DNA of 64,000 bases from an uncultured Kangiella sp. (GTDB lineage Bacteria; Pseudomonadota; Gammaproteobacteria; Enterobacterales; Kangiellaceae), in NCBI GenBank assembly GCA_947503435.1, contig CANNDL010000001.1, forward strand, positions 83,469 through 147,468, given 5' to 3'. Of this stretch, positions 19,886 to 28,629 are shown piece after piece. A model generated the notes under the pieces. It had not been told where the DNA came from. It saw only the letters and a list, made by a program, of their open reading frames with translations, and did no database searches. Positions within the stretch are counted from its first letter, which is position 1, and the number at the start of each line of letters is the position of its first letter. A program made the translations under genes and the position numbers.

Positions 19886-19912
19886 AAAAAAGGCGCTTTA
19901 TGCGCCTTTTTT
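19886..19912. terminator. Bidirectional intrinsic terminator
   Basis: AAAAAA-GGCGC-TTTAT-GCGCC-TTTTTT between convergent genes. Confidence 0.85.
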
Positions 19913-19921
19913 GATTAATGC

Positions 19922-21589
19922 TTACTTAGATATCTTACGATATTTAATTCGATGAGGTTGATCTGCATCGGTTCCTAAGCGGCGTTTTTTATCGGCTTCA
20001 TATTCTTGATAATTCCCTTCAAACCATACAGTCTCACTATCACCTTCAAAGGCCAAGATATGGGTTGCGATTCTATCAAGAAACCATCTGTCGTGCGAAA
20101 TAACTACCGCACAACCAGGAAATGCCAATAGAGCATCTTCTAATGCACGCAAGGTTTCCACATCCAAATCATTGGTTGGTTCATCTAATAGTAAGACGTT
20201 GCCACCAGACTTTAATAATTTCGCTAAATGAACACGATTACGCTCACCTCCAGACAAATTGCCAATACGCTTTTGTTGGTCTGAGCCTTTAAAGTTAAAG
20301 CGGCCACAATATGAACGTGAAGAGGTAGTGTAGTTACCAACGGTCACTAAATCTAAACCGTCAGAGATTTCTTCCCACACGGTTTTTGAGTCATCCAAAG
20401 AATCGCGGCTTTGATCTACATAAGATAGTTCAACCGTTTCACCTACCACGAGTTCACCAGCGTCAGGTGTTTCTTGCCCTGTGATTAATTTAAACATGGT
20501 GGATTTACCAGCACCATTCGGACCAATAACACCCACAATACCGCCTTGGGGTAGATTAAAACTTAAATCGTTATATAACAGTTTATCGCCGAAAGATTTT
20601 GTTAAGCCTTTCGCAGTAATTACTTGTGTCCCTAAACGCGGGCCCGGCGGAATATATAACTCTTTAGTTTCGTTGCGCTCTTGCACTTCTTTACTGGAAA
20701 GTTCTTCAAATCGAGCCATACGAGCCTTTGATTTTGCTTGTCGGCCTTTGGCGTTTGAACGTACCCACTCCAGTTCTTCCTTCATGGTCTTTTGACGCGA
20801 TTGCTCTTGTTTGGCTTCTATTTCTAATCGAGCCGATTTTTGCTCTAGCCATGAAGAGTAGTTACCTTCCCAAGGAATGCCGTAACCGCGATCCAGTTCA
20901 AGGATCCAACCTGCAGCGTTATCTAAGAAATAGCGATCGTGAGTAATGGCGACGACAGTGCCGGAATAATCAACTAAGAAGCGCTCTAACCAAGCCACAG
21001 ATTCAGCATCCAGGTGGTTAGTAGGCTCATCCAGTAACAGCATGTCGGGCTTCTCTAAAAGCAAATGGCAAATTGCCACTCGACGTCGTTCACCACCTGA
21101 TAAATGCTCAACTTTGGCTTCCCACGGAGGTAAACGTAATGCATCAGCAGCACGTTCCAATGCATTTTCTAAATTATGTCCGTCGGATGCTTGAATAATA
21201 GCTTCAAGCTCACCTTGACGTTTAGCCAATGCATCAAAATCAGCATCTGCTTCGGCATATGCTGCGTACACTTGGTCCAATTCATTGAGAGCGTCTTTTA
21301 CATGCGTTACGGCTTGCTCAATAATTTCACGAACTGTTTTAGAATCTTCCAGTTGAGGCTCTTGCGGCAAGTAACCAATTTTAATGCCAGCCTGCGGACG
21401 CGCTTCGCCTTCAATATCTTCATCAATGCCCGCCATGATGCGAAGCAAGGTTGATTTACCTGCGCCATTAAGACCTAAAACACCAATTTTGGCGCCAGGG
21501 AAAAAGGATAGCGAAATGTCTTTTAAAATGGTTTTATTCGGTGGGACGATCTTACCCACACGATTCATGGTATAAATGTATTGAGCCAT
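19922..21589 (-). CDS. ettA: Energy-dependent translational throttle protein (ABC-F)
   Basis: MAQYIYTMNRVGK, two Walker A motifs (GLNGAGKST, GPNGAGKST), LSGGE signatures. Confidence 0.97.
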   Translation of the reverse strand: MAQYIYTMNRVGKIVPPNKTILKDISLSFFPGAKIGVLGLNGAGKSTLLRIMAGIDEDIEGEARPQAGIKIGYLPQEPQLEDSKTVREIIEQAVTHVKDALNELDQVYAAYAEADADFDALAKRQGELEAIIQASDGHNLENALERAADALRLPPWEAKVEHLSGGERRRVAICHLLLEKPDMLLLDEPTNHLDAESVAWLERFLVDYSGTVVAITHDRYFLDNAAGWILELDRGYGIPWEGNYSSWLEQKSARLEIEAKQEQSRQKTMKEELEWVRSNAKGRQAKSKARMARFEELSSKEVQERNETKELYIPPGPRLGTQVITAKGLTKSFGDKLLYNDLSFNLPQGGIVGVIGPNGAGKSTMFKLITGQETPDAGELVVGETVELSYVDQSRDSLDDSKTVWEEISDGLDLVTVGNYTTSSRSYCGRFNFKGSDQQKRIGNLSGGERNRVHLAKLLKSGGNVLLLDEPTNDLDVETLRALEDALLAFPGCAVVISHDRWFLDRIATHILAFEGDSETVWFEGNYQEYEADKKRRLGTDADQPHRIKYRKISK

Positions 21590-21664
21590 TATTTACTCTA
21601 GTGACTAAATTAATGGCGCTATTTTACCTGTGATGCAGCAGGGACGCTACCAGAGGAGCAAACA

Positions 21665-23308
21665 ATGATTAAGAATAAATTAAGGATAAGAGCACTGCTA
21701 GTTGTAAGTGTTGCGGTGATAACGGGTTGCGTACACTTATCCAAGGCTAAAGCAGAACATTGCATTGCACCAATGGCCTTGTATAAAGCCGCTGATATGA
21801 GAAAAGTTGAGCCCATACTATTTGAACAAGCACTTAATTGTAATAATCCAGAAACGGTAAAAACGGCCTTGGTTGCTTTGGGTAGAATTGGTGGAAAAGA
21901 TGCAGCCAACTTAATCCAATCTCAACTATCACATGAAAATGCAGAAGTCAGAAAAATAGCTGCTTTTTCCGCCGGGATCAGTTTAACCCCAGAATTAGTG
22001 CCCACATTGACGGAACAATTTGATAAAGAGACAAGTGCAGCAGTAAAAGAAAATTTAGCGCTAGCCATTGGTAATCTAGGTCATGAGAAGTCCTCGGAAG
22101 CACTATATAGCATGATTAATAATGCCGAAAGCGACCAGGCTGCGCGAGGTGCAATGCAAGGTTTGGGTATCTTAGCGTCATTTCATAGGGGTAAGGTTAA
22201 AGACAAACAAAATCTTGATGTTGATAAGGTTATCGAGCTTTTAGCCAACCCTAAAACTTCTCTCCAGGCTGGTTTTTTATTGGCGCGAGTTCCATTAATG
22301 AATACCAGTCAGATTGAAAAAGTGATGCAAATTACAGATGGCTTGGACAAGGATTCACAAGCCTTTGCCATACGAGCTATTGGCAATCTAAAGCCAAAAG
22401 AACAGTTCGATTGGTTCTATCAAAAAGCTCAAAGTGATGATATCGGCGTTCGAGTCAGCGCGATTCAGGCGCTAGGTAAGTTGCCACTAGGTGATGATGA
22501 GCAAGTAGCAAAGATGAATCAATTGGCGTTATCTCAAGATACTATTAGTGCGCTTGCAGCGTTAGAAAGTGCAAAAAAGTGGATGGTTTTGAATAACCTT
22601 TCCAAACTCACAGCAAATGATAATACCTGGATCCAAGCACAAGCATTTGCGGCAGCTAATAATCCTAAGCCCGAGAAAATGCAGCAACTGGCCGAAAAGT
22701 GGCTTGATTCAGCAGAGCCTAACTTGCAAAGAGCCGCAATCGCTTTTTTTGTCGAGCAAAACGATAAAGCTAAATTAGAACTACTGGCGAAAAGCCCGAA
22801 GGAAGTTATTGCCATTGGTGCTCAGCAAAAACTGGGAGTTTACCAAACTCCAGCATCTAGCGCGCAAGCCACTCCAGAAGCATTACCAAGGTTGCCAAAG
22901 AGTCTTACCCTAAAGACGACTAAAGGCGATATTGTGATAAAACTGTTTGCCGACACGCCTTATAGTTCGGCAAATTTTTTGAAGCTGGCAAATGATGGCT
23001 TTTACGACAATAGCTATTTTCATCGAGTGATCCCGAACTTTGTCGCGCAAGGTGGTGGCAAGGTAGGGGATGGTTCAGGAACCGTGGGTTATTCAATTCG
23101 AGAAGAGCTTAACAATCGTTCCCATCGTTATGGCACTATTGGTATGGCTACAGCGGGAAAAGACACCGGTGGTGGCCAATTCTTTATTAATCTAGCGCCT
23201 AACTTACATCTTGATAGTAATTACACGATATTTGGAGAGGTATTATCGGGAATGGATGTGGCATTGAAATTAGAACAGAATGACCAAATACTTGAGATTA
23301 AAGAATAA
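21665..23308 (+). CDS. Lipoprotein with HEAT-like repeats fused to a cyclophilin-type peptidyl-prolyl isomerase
   Basis: Lipobox ITGC; repeated ALGRIG/AIGNLG/ALGKL helical repeats; C-terminal FHRVIPNFVAQGG...GQFFIN...YTIFGEV. Confidence 0.88.
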   Translation: MIKNKLRIRALLVVSVAVITGCVHLSKAKAEHCIAPMALYKAADMRKVEPILFEQALNCNNPETVKTALVALGRIGGKDAANLIQSQLSHENAEVRKIAAFSAGISLTPELVPTLTEQFDKETSAAVKENLALAIGNLGHEKSSEALYSMINNAESDQAARGAMQGLGILASFHRGKVKDKQNLDVDKVIELLANPKTSLQAGFLLARVPLMNTSQIEKVMQITDGLDKDSQAFAIRAIGNLKPKEQFDWFYQKAQSDDIGVRVSAIQALGKLPLGDDEQVAKMNQLALSQDTISALAALESAKKWMVLNNLSKLTANDNTWIQAQAFAAANNPKPEKMQQLAEKWLDSAEPNLQRAAIAFFVEQNDKAKLELLAKSPKEVIAIGAQQKLGVYQTPASSAQATPEALPRLPKSLTLKTTKGDIVIKLFADTPYSSANFLKLANDGFYDNSYFHRVIPNFVAQGGGKVGDGSGTVGYSIREELNNRSHRYGTIGMATAGKDTGGGQFFINLAPNLHLDSNYTIFGEVLSGMDVALKLEQNDQILEIKE

Positions 23309-23355
23309 TTGTAATGGTTGAAAAATAAAAAAATTAGGCTCTCTGAGCACAAAGT

Positions 23356-23388
23356 AAAAAGCCGCCCGCATGCTAGCTAGGCGGCTTT
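23356..23388 (-). terminator. Intrinsic terminator, U-tract stronger on the minus strand
   Basis: AAAAA-GCCGCC-loop-GGCGGC-TTT on the + strand. Confidence 0.7.
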
Positions 23389-23636
23389 GACTGGCCAGTG
23401 TGTATACTCAGTCTTTTAAAAATACCATTTTGTTATTATTAGTTCCTTTAGTTCACAGACCTTAAAAGGGGTAGCTTCTTAGGGACCATGAAGATTTTTT
23501 AAAGCCCAATGAAAAGCTTTGCAAAACCTCAGGACTAAAAGTAACTGAATTGGTCAGATCTGTCTTTACAGTTACTTAACTAAAAGTTAACCTTGTCTAA
23601 CTCATTGAAAAACAAATAGAAATATATGAGGCTTTT

Positions 23637-25742
23637 TTGAATAAATTTAAGCTCGGAAGCTGGAAAGTCGAACCGAACAAAAGCTTGCTGACATCTGATA
23701 ATGGTAAAGAAGTGCGTATTGAGCCGCTCAATATGGCATTGCTTTGCTATTTCGCTAAACACCCAGTCGATCCAATCAGCCGCGAAAAATTAATCGAGGA
23801 TGTGTGGGACAATAAAGTGGTTACCGATCACGCCGTTTATAAGACCATCAATCAATTACGAAAATATTTGGCTAGTGATGGTGACTCGCAAGATTATCTT
23901 AAAACCATACCTAAGAAGGGCTATTCATTAGTTGCTCCACTTGAGGAAATCGTTGAAGCGTCACCAAAAGATGTGATTAATCTTAAGTTTGAGGCCACAT
24001 CTGCTAATGGGTTTACTAAATGGTTCTATAAGCACCCGGTGCTACATACTTTAGGCTTATTAATAGTAGCTGGAATTTTCATATGGAATTTAGGCTTGAA
24101 TACTTGGTGGTATAAAAACCAGCAACCAGTTTATAACAACCTCTCTGTTCTTGCTCAAATTGATGGGGTACTCGATCAAGCCATTCCTTCCCCAAATGAA
24201 AAATTGCTAGCAGTGACCAGTTATGGAGACAGCGATGTTAACAACCGGAAAATATTCTTATTAAATCTAGAAAGCCAAGAAGTATCTCAGCTGACTGATG
24301 GAATACACGATTTCTCTGAAATATCCTGGAGTTCTGAAGGCAACTATTTGGTTGCTTCAAGAAAACCAATTTCATCAATGAATGATGAATATTGCGATTT
24401 AGTATTGCTTGAATTGTCTAAAGACTTTTCTCGGCTAAAGTCGCAAAAAGAAGTGACTTCTTGCTCACCAAGGGGCTCCAGCGCTCAGTTTGATGAAGAG
24501 TCTGAGATGGTATATTACAACTTTGCTCAATCGAACATAGTACCTTCTAGCTTATATAGCTATTCTTTGAGAACTAAAGAAATAGAATTATTGACTAACC
24601 CAGGAAGCGCTGTGTGGGGAGATTGGAGTGTAAGGCTCTCTCCAGACAAAAGTAAACTCTTGTTTATGAGGGTTTATGAAGAAGCAAGTGAGATATTTTT
24701 ATATAATCTGAAGACCAAAAAAGAACAGTTTTTGTTTAAGTTTATTGGCTATCCGGATGAGTTATCTTGGGCTGGTAACAACGAAAAAATTATCTACCAA
24801 CCAAACAATAATCAGGTGGTTCTTTACTCAATAGTTGATAAATTTCATAAAACTATTATCACTAAAGAAGACTCCATTGTTTCTAGTTTTCATTCTCTTG
24901 CTTCCGACAGTATCTATACGGTGAGCAGGTTAAACGATATTGAAATTGTTCAATTCGATATAAAACACCCTCAAAAAGCAAAAGTGGTTAACTCTTCAAA
25001 GGCTATGGAGTTTTCGGGTATATATGCCAATACTAGCGATAACTATGCCTTTGTATCGAAAAGAAGTGGCAGCTGGCAACTTTGGTTACAAACAAATAAG
25101 CAATTAAAAATGCTTACCAATAATGACTCCGATGGCGTTATATTTACTCCAACTTGGTCTTTTGACGACAAGCAAATAGTCTTTAATTTAGGCGGAGCCA
25201 TCTATGCTTATGATTTTGAAAAAGATGAAACACTAGAAATATATGCTGAAGAGGATGTTTATTTGCAAAATCCATTTTGGTCTTCAGATGCTAAAAGTAT
25301 TTATTTTACCAAGCTGGTGGCAGATACAAATCAAATTTTTAAATTGGAGTTGAAAAATAAAACAATTAAACAAATAACCAGTGATGGAGGATATGCTGGT
25401 GCGATTTCATTGAGCAATAATGCATTGTATCTAGTAAAAGATGAGCAATTTGGGTTATGGCGATTGGACTTGTCAAATTTAGAAGAAATTAAGATTAATG
25501 ATATAGCTTCCAATGAAGACCAAGAATTTATCCATACTGTTGAAGATGGATTATATTTTAGTAATTTAAAAGGATATTTAAAGAGTTTGTATTTTGTTGA
25601 TTATGAAACGCATACCACTAGAAAAGTAGTAGACTTTATTAGTAGAGATGTTGCAGGATTTTCAGTGAATCACACGCAAGAAAAGGTCTTGACCACGGTT
25701 ACACATGCTTCAAATGCCAACTTAACTATCTACAGGCCTTAA
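23637..25742 (+). CDS. CadC/ToxR-like membrane transcription regulator: wHTH, TM helix, periplasmic TolB-like beta-propellers
   Basis: IEPLNMALLCYF...ISREKLIEDVW...INQLRKYL...LKTIPKKGY (OmpR/PhoB-type wHTH); TM near residues 135-152; repeated PD40-like motifs (WSSEG, LSPDK, WSFDD, WSSDA). Confidence 0.88.
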   Translation: MNKFKLGSWKVEPNKSLLTSDNGKEVRIEPLNMALLCYFAKHPVDPISREKLIEDVWDNKVVTDHAVYKTINQLRKYLASDGDSQDYLKTIPKKGYSLVAPLEEIVEASPKDVINLKFEATSANGFTKWFYKHPVLHTLGLLIVAGIFIWNLGLNTWWYKNQQPVYNNLSVLAQIDGVLDQAIPSPNEKLLAVTSYGDSDVNNRKIFLLNLESQEVSQLTDGIHDFSEISWSSEGNYLVASRKPISSMNDEYCDLVLLELSKDFSRLKSQKEVTSCSPRGSSAQFDEESEMVYYNFAQSNIVPSSLYSYSLRTKEIELLTNPGSAVWGDWSVRLSPDKSKLLFMRVYEEASEIFLYNLKTKKEQFLFKFIGYPDELSWAGNNEKIIYQPNNNQVVLYSIVDKFHKTIITKEDSIVSSFHSLASDSIYTVSRLNDIEIVQFDIKHPQKAKVVNSSKAMEFSGIYANTSDNYAFVSKRSGSWQLWLQTNKQLKMLTNNDSDGVIFTPTWSFDDKQIVFNLGGAIYAYDFEKDETLEIYAEEDVYLQNPFWSSDAKSIYFTKLVADTNQIFKLELKNKTIKQITSDGGYAGAISLSNNALYLVKDEQFGLWRLDLSNLEEIKINDIASNEDQEFIHTVEDGLYFSNLKGYLKSLYFVDYETHTTRKVVDFISRDVAGFSVNHTQEKVLTTVTHASNANLTIYRP

Positions 25743-25745
25743 ATT

Positions 25746-26066
25746 TTAATAAGCAATGCAGGTTCTAGCCCTGCAAATTCTGCCGCCGCCATCATTAAAG
25801 AACCAAGCATCAAATGGCATATTAAAAATATCGCAACTAGTGTGGTTGTTGGATTCGGCTTTGCATTGCTTTAGGTAAATTTGGCTGATTCGATTGTAGT
25901 GTTTCTCTAAAACAAAGATTGGCATTTTTGTAGCTTGGAATTTGCCCATCTCGATGTTGAATTGATCATACATCTCCGTTATCGGGAAATCAGATGAAGA
26001 TTCTTCATTGGCATTTATAGCAAAAGAAAATGATAAAAATAGAATAGAAATCAATAGATTACGCAC
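25746..26066 (-). CDS. Small secreted protein with four Cys
   Basis: Signal peptide ending AINA, RBS GGGGA, two Cys pairs. Confidence 0.65.
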   Translation of the reverse strand: MRNLLISILFLSFSFAINANEESSSDFPITEMYDQFNIEMGKFQATKMPIFVLEKHYNRISQIYLKQCKAESNNHTSCDIFNMPFDAWFFNDGGGRICRARTCIAY

Positions 26067-26154
26067 TTATATCCCCTTATGTGAACACAAACTACCCCTA
26101 GTTCGTGGGCAAAATTTAGCACAGTTAATGCAAATATGCATTAAGAAACCTGAA

Positions 26155-26631
26155 TTAGGGTAGAAATTGCTCCATATAAAGGTCACAACGTTGGTAGTCA
26201 CAGCGTGATTCTTGTGATTCAAAGGGATTAAACCCAAGCTTATAGTAGAGGTTTATCGCTGGAGTAAGCTTTTGATTAGTTTCTAGGAACAGGCGCTCGC
26301 AGCCTTTGAGTTTTGCCGTCTCTAGTATTGCTTCGCCAAGCTTTTGCCCGATATGAAGTCCTTGATAGCCTTCCAGAACGCCCATTTTGACTAACTCAAA
26401 CTCGGTCTCTGACCATTTTTTTAAACCGCAAGTGCCCACAATTTTACCTTGGTATTCGGCAAACAGAATATCGCCACCCTTATCGATTAAGTGATCCCTG
26501 GGATCATTTAGAACTACCAAGTCTTCTGCCTCTGGCTCGAAAAACTGTTCAATCCACAACAGATTAATTTGCTTGAAGTAAGGGGCGAGTTCATTTGAGA
26601 AGGGTAGAATTTTAATTGAATTTGGGTTCAT
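26155..26631 (-). CDS. GNAT family N-acetyltransferase
   Basis: IVGTCGL, ELVKMGV...YQGLHIG, LETN..L.PAINLYYKLGF. Confidence 0.88.
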   Translation of the reverse strand: MNPNSIKILPFSNELAPYFKQINLLWIEQFFEPEAEDLVVLNDPRDHLIDKGGDILFAEYQGKIVGTCGLKKWSETEFELVKMGVLEGYQGLHIGQKLGEAILETAKLKGCERLFLETNQKLTPAINLYYKLGFNPFESQESRCDYQRCDLYMEQFLP

Positions 26632-26635
26632 AGAG

Positions 26636-27364
26636 CTAGTTTTGTGGGCATTCTGGTTTTTCGAGTAAGCATTGTAAATGCGATAAAGCTACTTCGTTGG
26701 TTTTTGCTTGATTGGCTCGTAAGTTTTGGAGGCGCGCCTGAATGGAAGCCTGAAAGAGCATCAGAGTCACAAACTTTTCATCTTGAAATACCGGTTCGAA
26801 AGTAAAGCGAATAAACATTTCTCCACTTTCAGCTCGGAAAAGATAAGAGATTTCATTCATGTGTTCTTCTAAGTAGCCGCCACCTTGACGTATATAGTCA
26901 ATCGTACCATTCGATTGAGTTTGCGACGCGGCTACTTTTTGTAGTAATTCTCTTAACTGTCTATCTTTTATCAAGGCCAACCTACCTGTTGATAGTAACT
27001 CTTCCCAAGCCCCCATTTGTAATGCTGCACTAGGAACTGCATTCCAAGGCGTTACTCTTTTAGTTAGTGTTGCATGAGTATCCGGGTTCCATTCTTCTTG
27101 CATTAGGAAGCTTGCTACTTCATTTATGTTATTCCGTATTTTGCCGTGAAACTCAGCGAGACTAGACAACTCAGCGACATTTTCTTTCAAGTCTTCGTTA
27201 AGTCTTTGCAAATATTGTTGCTCTAAAGCTGTTTCATTACGCTCTTGAGTCCAGTTTGTTACCTGCATACCAAGAAATATACCCACTACAACTACGCAGA
27301 CATCAAGTCCGACGGCGAGCCAGTTTTGGTCTTTTACGTGTTGCATAAAGCGGCGTAACAGCAT
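26636..27364 (-). CDS. Conserved hypothetical membrane-anchored protein (DUF6090-like)
   Basis: LRRFMQHVKDQNWLAVGLDVCVVVVGIFLGMQVTNW N-terminus, WEELLSTGRL. Confidence 0.65.
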   Translation of the reverse strand: MLLRRFMQHVKDQNWLAVGLDVCVVVVGIFLGMQVTNWTQERNETALEQQYLQRLNEDLKENVAELSSLAEFHGKIRNNINEVASFLMQEEWNPDTHATLTKRVTPWNAVPSAALQMGAWEELLSTGRLALIKDRQLRELLQKVAASQTQSNGTIDYIRQGGGYLEEHMNEISYLFRAESGEMFIRFTFEPVFQDEKFVTLMLFQASIQARLQNLRANQAKTNEVALSHLQCLLEKPECPQN

Positions 27365-27521
27365 TCGAAGCTTCCTTTGGATTAGAAGTATCAGAAAAGT
27401 GTAGCTCCAATTATTAAATTAGTCGAGGAATGGCCCACGGCCTCTAGGCTCTTATATTCTAAAAAGATTGTGCTAAACTTATGCCAAATTATATCTAACA
27501 ATCAATAAGAAGCAGGGGATT

Positions 27522-28325
27522 ATGGATCTTTTTACGCTCGAAAACTTATTTACTTTAATGATGCTTATCGTCTTACAGGCGGTTTTAGGCTTCGATAACT
27601 TACTTTATATCTCTCTAGAATCTAAGCGAGCGCCAGTTGCAGAGCAAAAACGCGTTCGCTGGCTTGGTATTGGAATCGCGGTAGGTTTAAGAATCGTACT
27701 GTTATTCACTTTGATGAAGCTTATCGACTACGTGCAAGGCGATATGTTCAGCCTTGACTGGAAAGGTGTAGTAGAAGGTACCTTCACATTTGAAAGCATA
27801 ATCATCTTATTCGGTGGTGTATTCATCATGTACACGGCAGTAAAAGAAATCTGGCATATGATGGCGTTAGAAGTGGATGGTGGCGTTGAACGTAAACCTC
27901 AATCAGCCGCTAAGATTATTGCGCTTATAGTTATGATGAACCTAGTATTTTCTTTCGACTCAATATTAAGCGCTATGGCTTTAACTGATAACTTCTGGAT
28001 TATGGCAACCGCGATTATTGCCAGTGGCATCGCGATGATTTGGCTGGCTGATACAGTTTCTGAATTCTTAGAGAAAAACCGTATGTTTGAAGTCTTAGGC
28101 CTATTTATTCTATTGATCGTTGGTGTGATGTTGCTAGCCGACGGAGGCCATAAAGCAGGTTTAACTTTCTTTGGCAGTGAAATTACCCCAATGAGCAAAG
28201 CGACTTTCTATTTTGTAATTGCGGTATTGGTATTGAGTGATATCGTCCAATCTAAATATCAAAAAAATCTATTGAAGAAGAAAGAACGATTAGCAAAGCA
28301 AGCTGAAATGGCTAATAAGTCATAA
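27522..28325 (+). CDS. TerC family membrane protein
   Basis: LQAVLGFDNLLYI, MNLVFSFDSILSA, FEVLGLFILLIVGVMLLADG. Confidence 0.9.
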   Translation: MDLFTLENLFTLMMLIVLQAVLGFDNLLYISLESKRAPVAEQKRVRWLGIGIAVGLRIVLLFTLMKLIDYVQGDMFSLDWKGVVEGTFTFESIIILFGGVFIMYTAVKEIWHMMALEVDGGVERKPQSAAKIIALIVMMNLVFSFDSILSAMALTDNFWIMATAIIASGIAMIWLADTVSEFLEKNRMFEVLGLFILLIVGVMLLADGGHKAGLTFFGSEITPMSKATFYFVIAVLVLSDIVQSKYQKNLLKKKERLAKQAEMANKS

Positions 28326-28330
28326 ACGCA

Positions 28331-28358
28331 TTGAATCTTTGAGTCAAAGCTGTACTAT
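28331..28358 (+). promoter_or_regulatory. Putative sigma70 promoter of the borosin cluster, with a palindrome in the spacer
   Basis: TTGAAT-16 nt-TACTAT; the spacer contains CTTTGA-G-TCAAAG. Confidence 0.5.
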
Positions 28359-28396
28359 TACAAGCTGTTGATTTTAATAACAATAAGGAGACTACA

Positions 28397-28618
28397 ATGT
28401 CAAAATTAAAAGACTTTTTAAAAGAATTAGGTACTAATGCACAACTACTAGAAGATTATAAGCAAGATCCTGATAAAACCATGCAAGACTATGGCTTAAC
28501 TCAGGAAGAAATTGATGCTGTATGCAATCTTGATATGCCAAAAATCAAATCAATAATTGGCGATAAAGAAAGCGATTACTATACCATTGTTATTAATAAG
28601 CATGAGCATGGACTGTAG
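28397..28618 (+). CDS. Split-borosin RiPP precursor (SonA-like borosin-binding domain plus C-terminal core)
   Basis: MSKLKDFLKELGTNAQLLEDYKQDP...GLTQEEIDAV...DM.K.K...GD closely parallels S. oneidensis SonA as recalled; strong RBS AAGGAG; borosin methyltransferase two genes downstream. Confidence 0.88.
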   Translation: MSKLKDFLKELGTNAQLLEDYKQDPDKTMQDYGLTQEEIDAVCNLDMPKIKSIIGDKESDYYTIVINKHEHGL

Positions 28619-28629
28619 TTGTTAGTAAG

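Noticed and set aside
27365-27521. yybP-ykoY manganese riboswitch upstream of the TerC gene
   Set aside because: The conserved GGGGAGUAGC-like element and the expected stems were not seen; an Infernal search would settle it
28365-28385. FNR- or ArcA-like site before the borosin precursor (TTGATTTTAATAAC)
   Set aside because: Only one half-site matches either consensus
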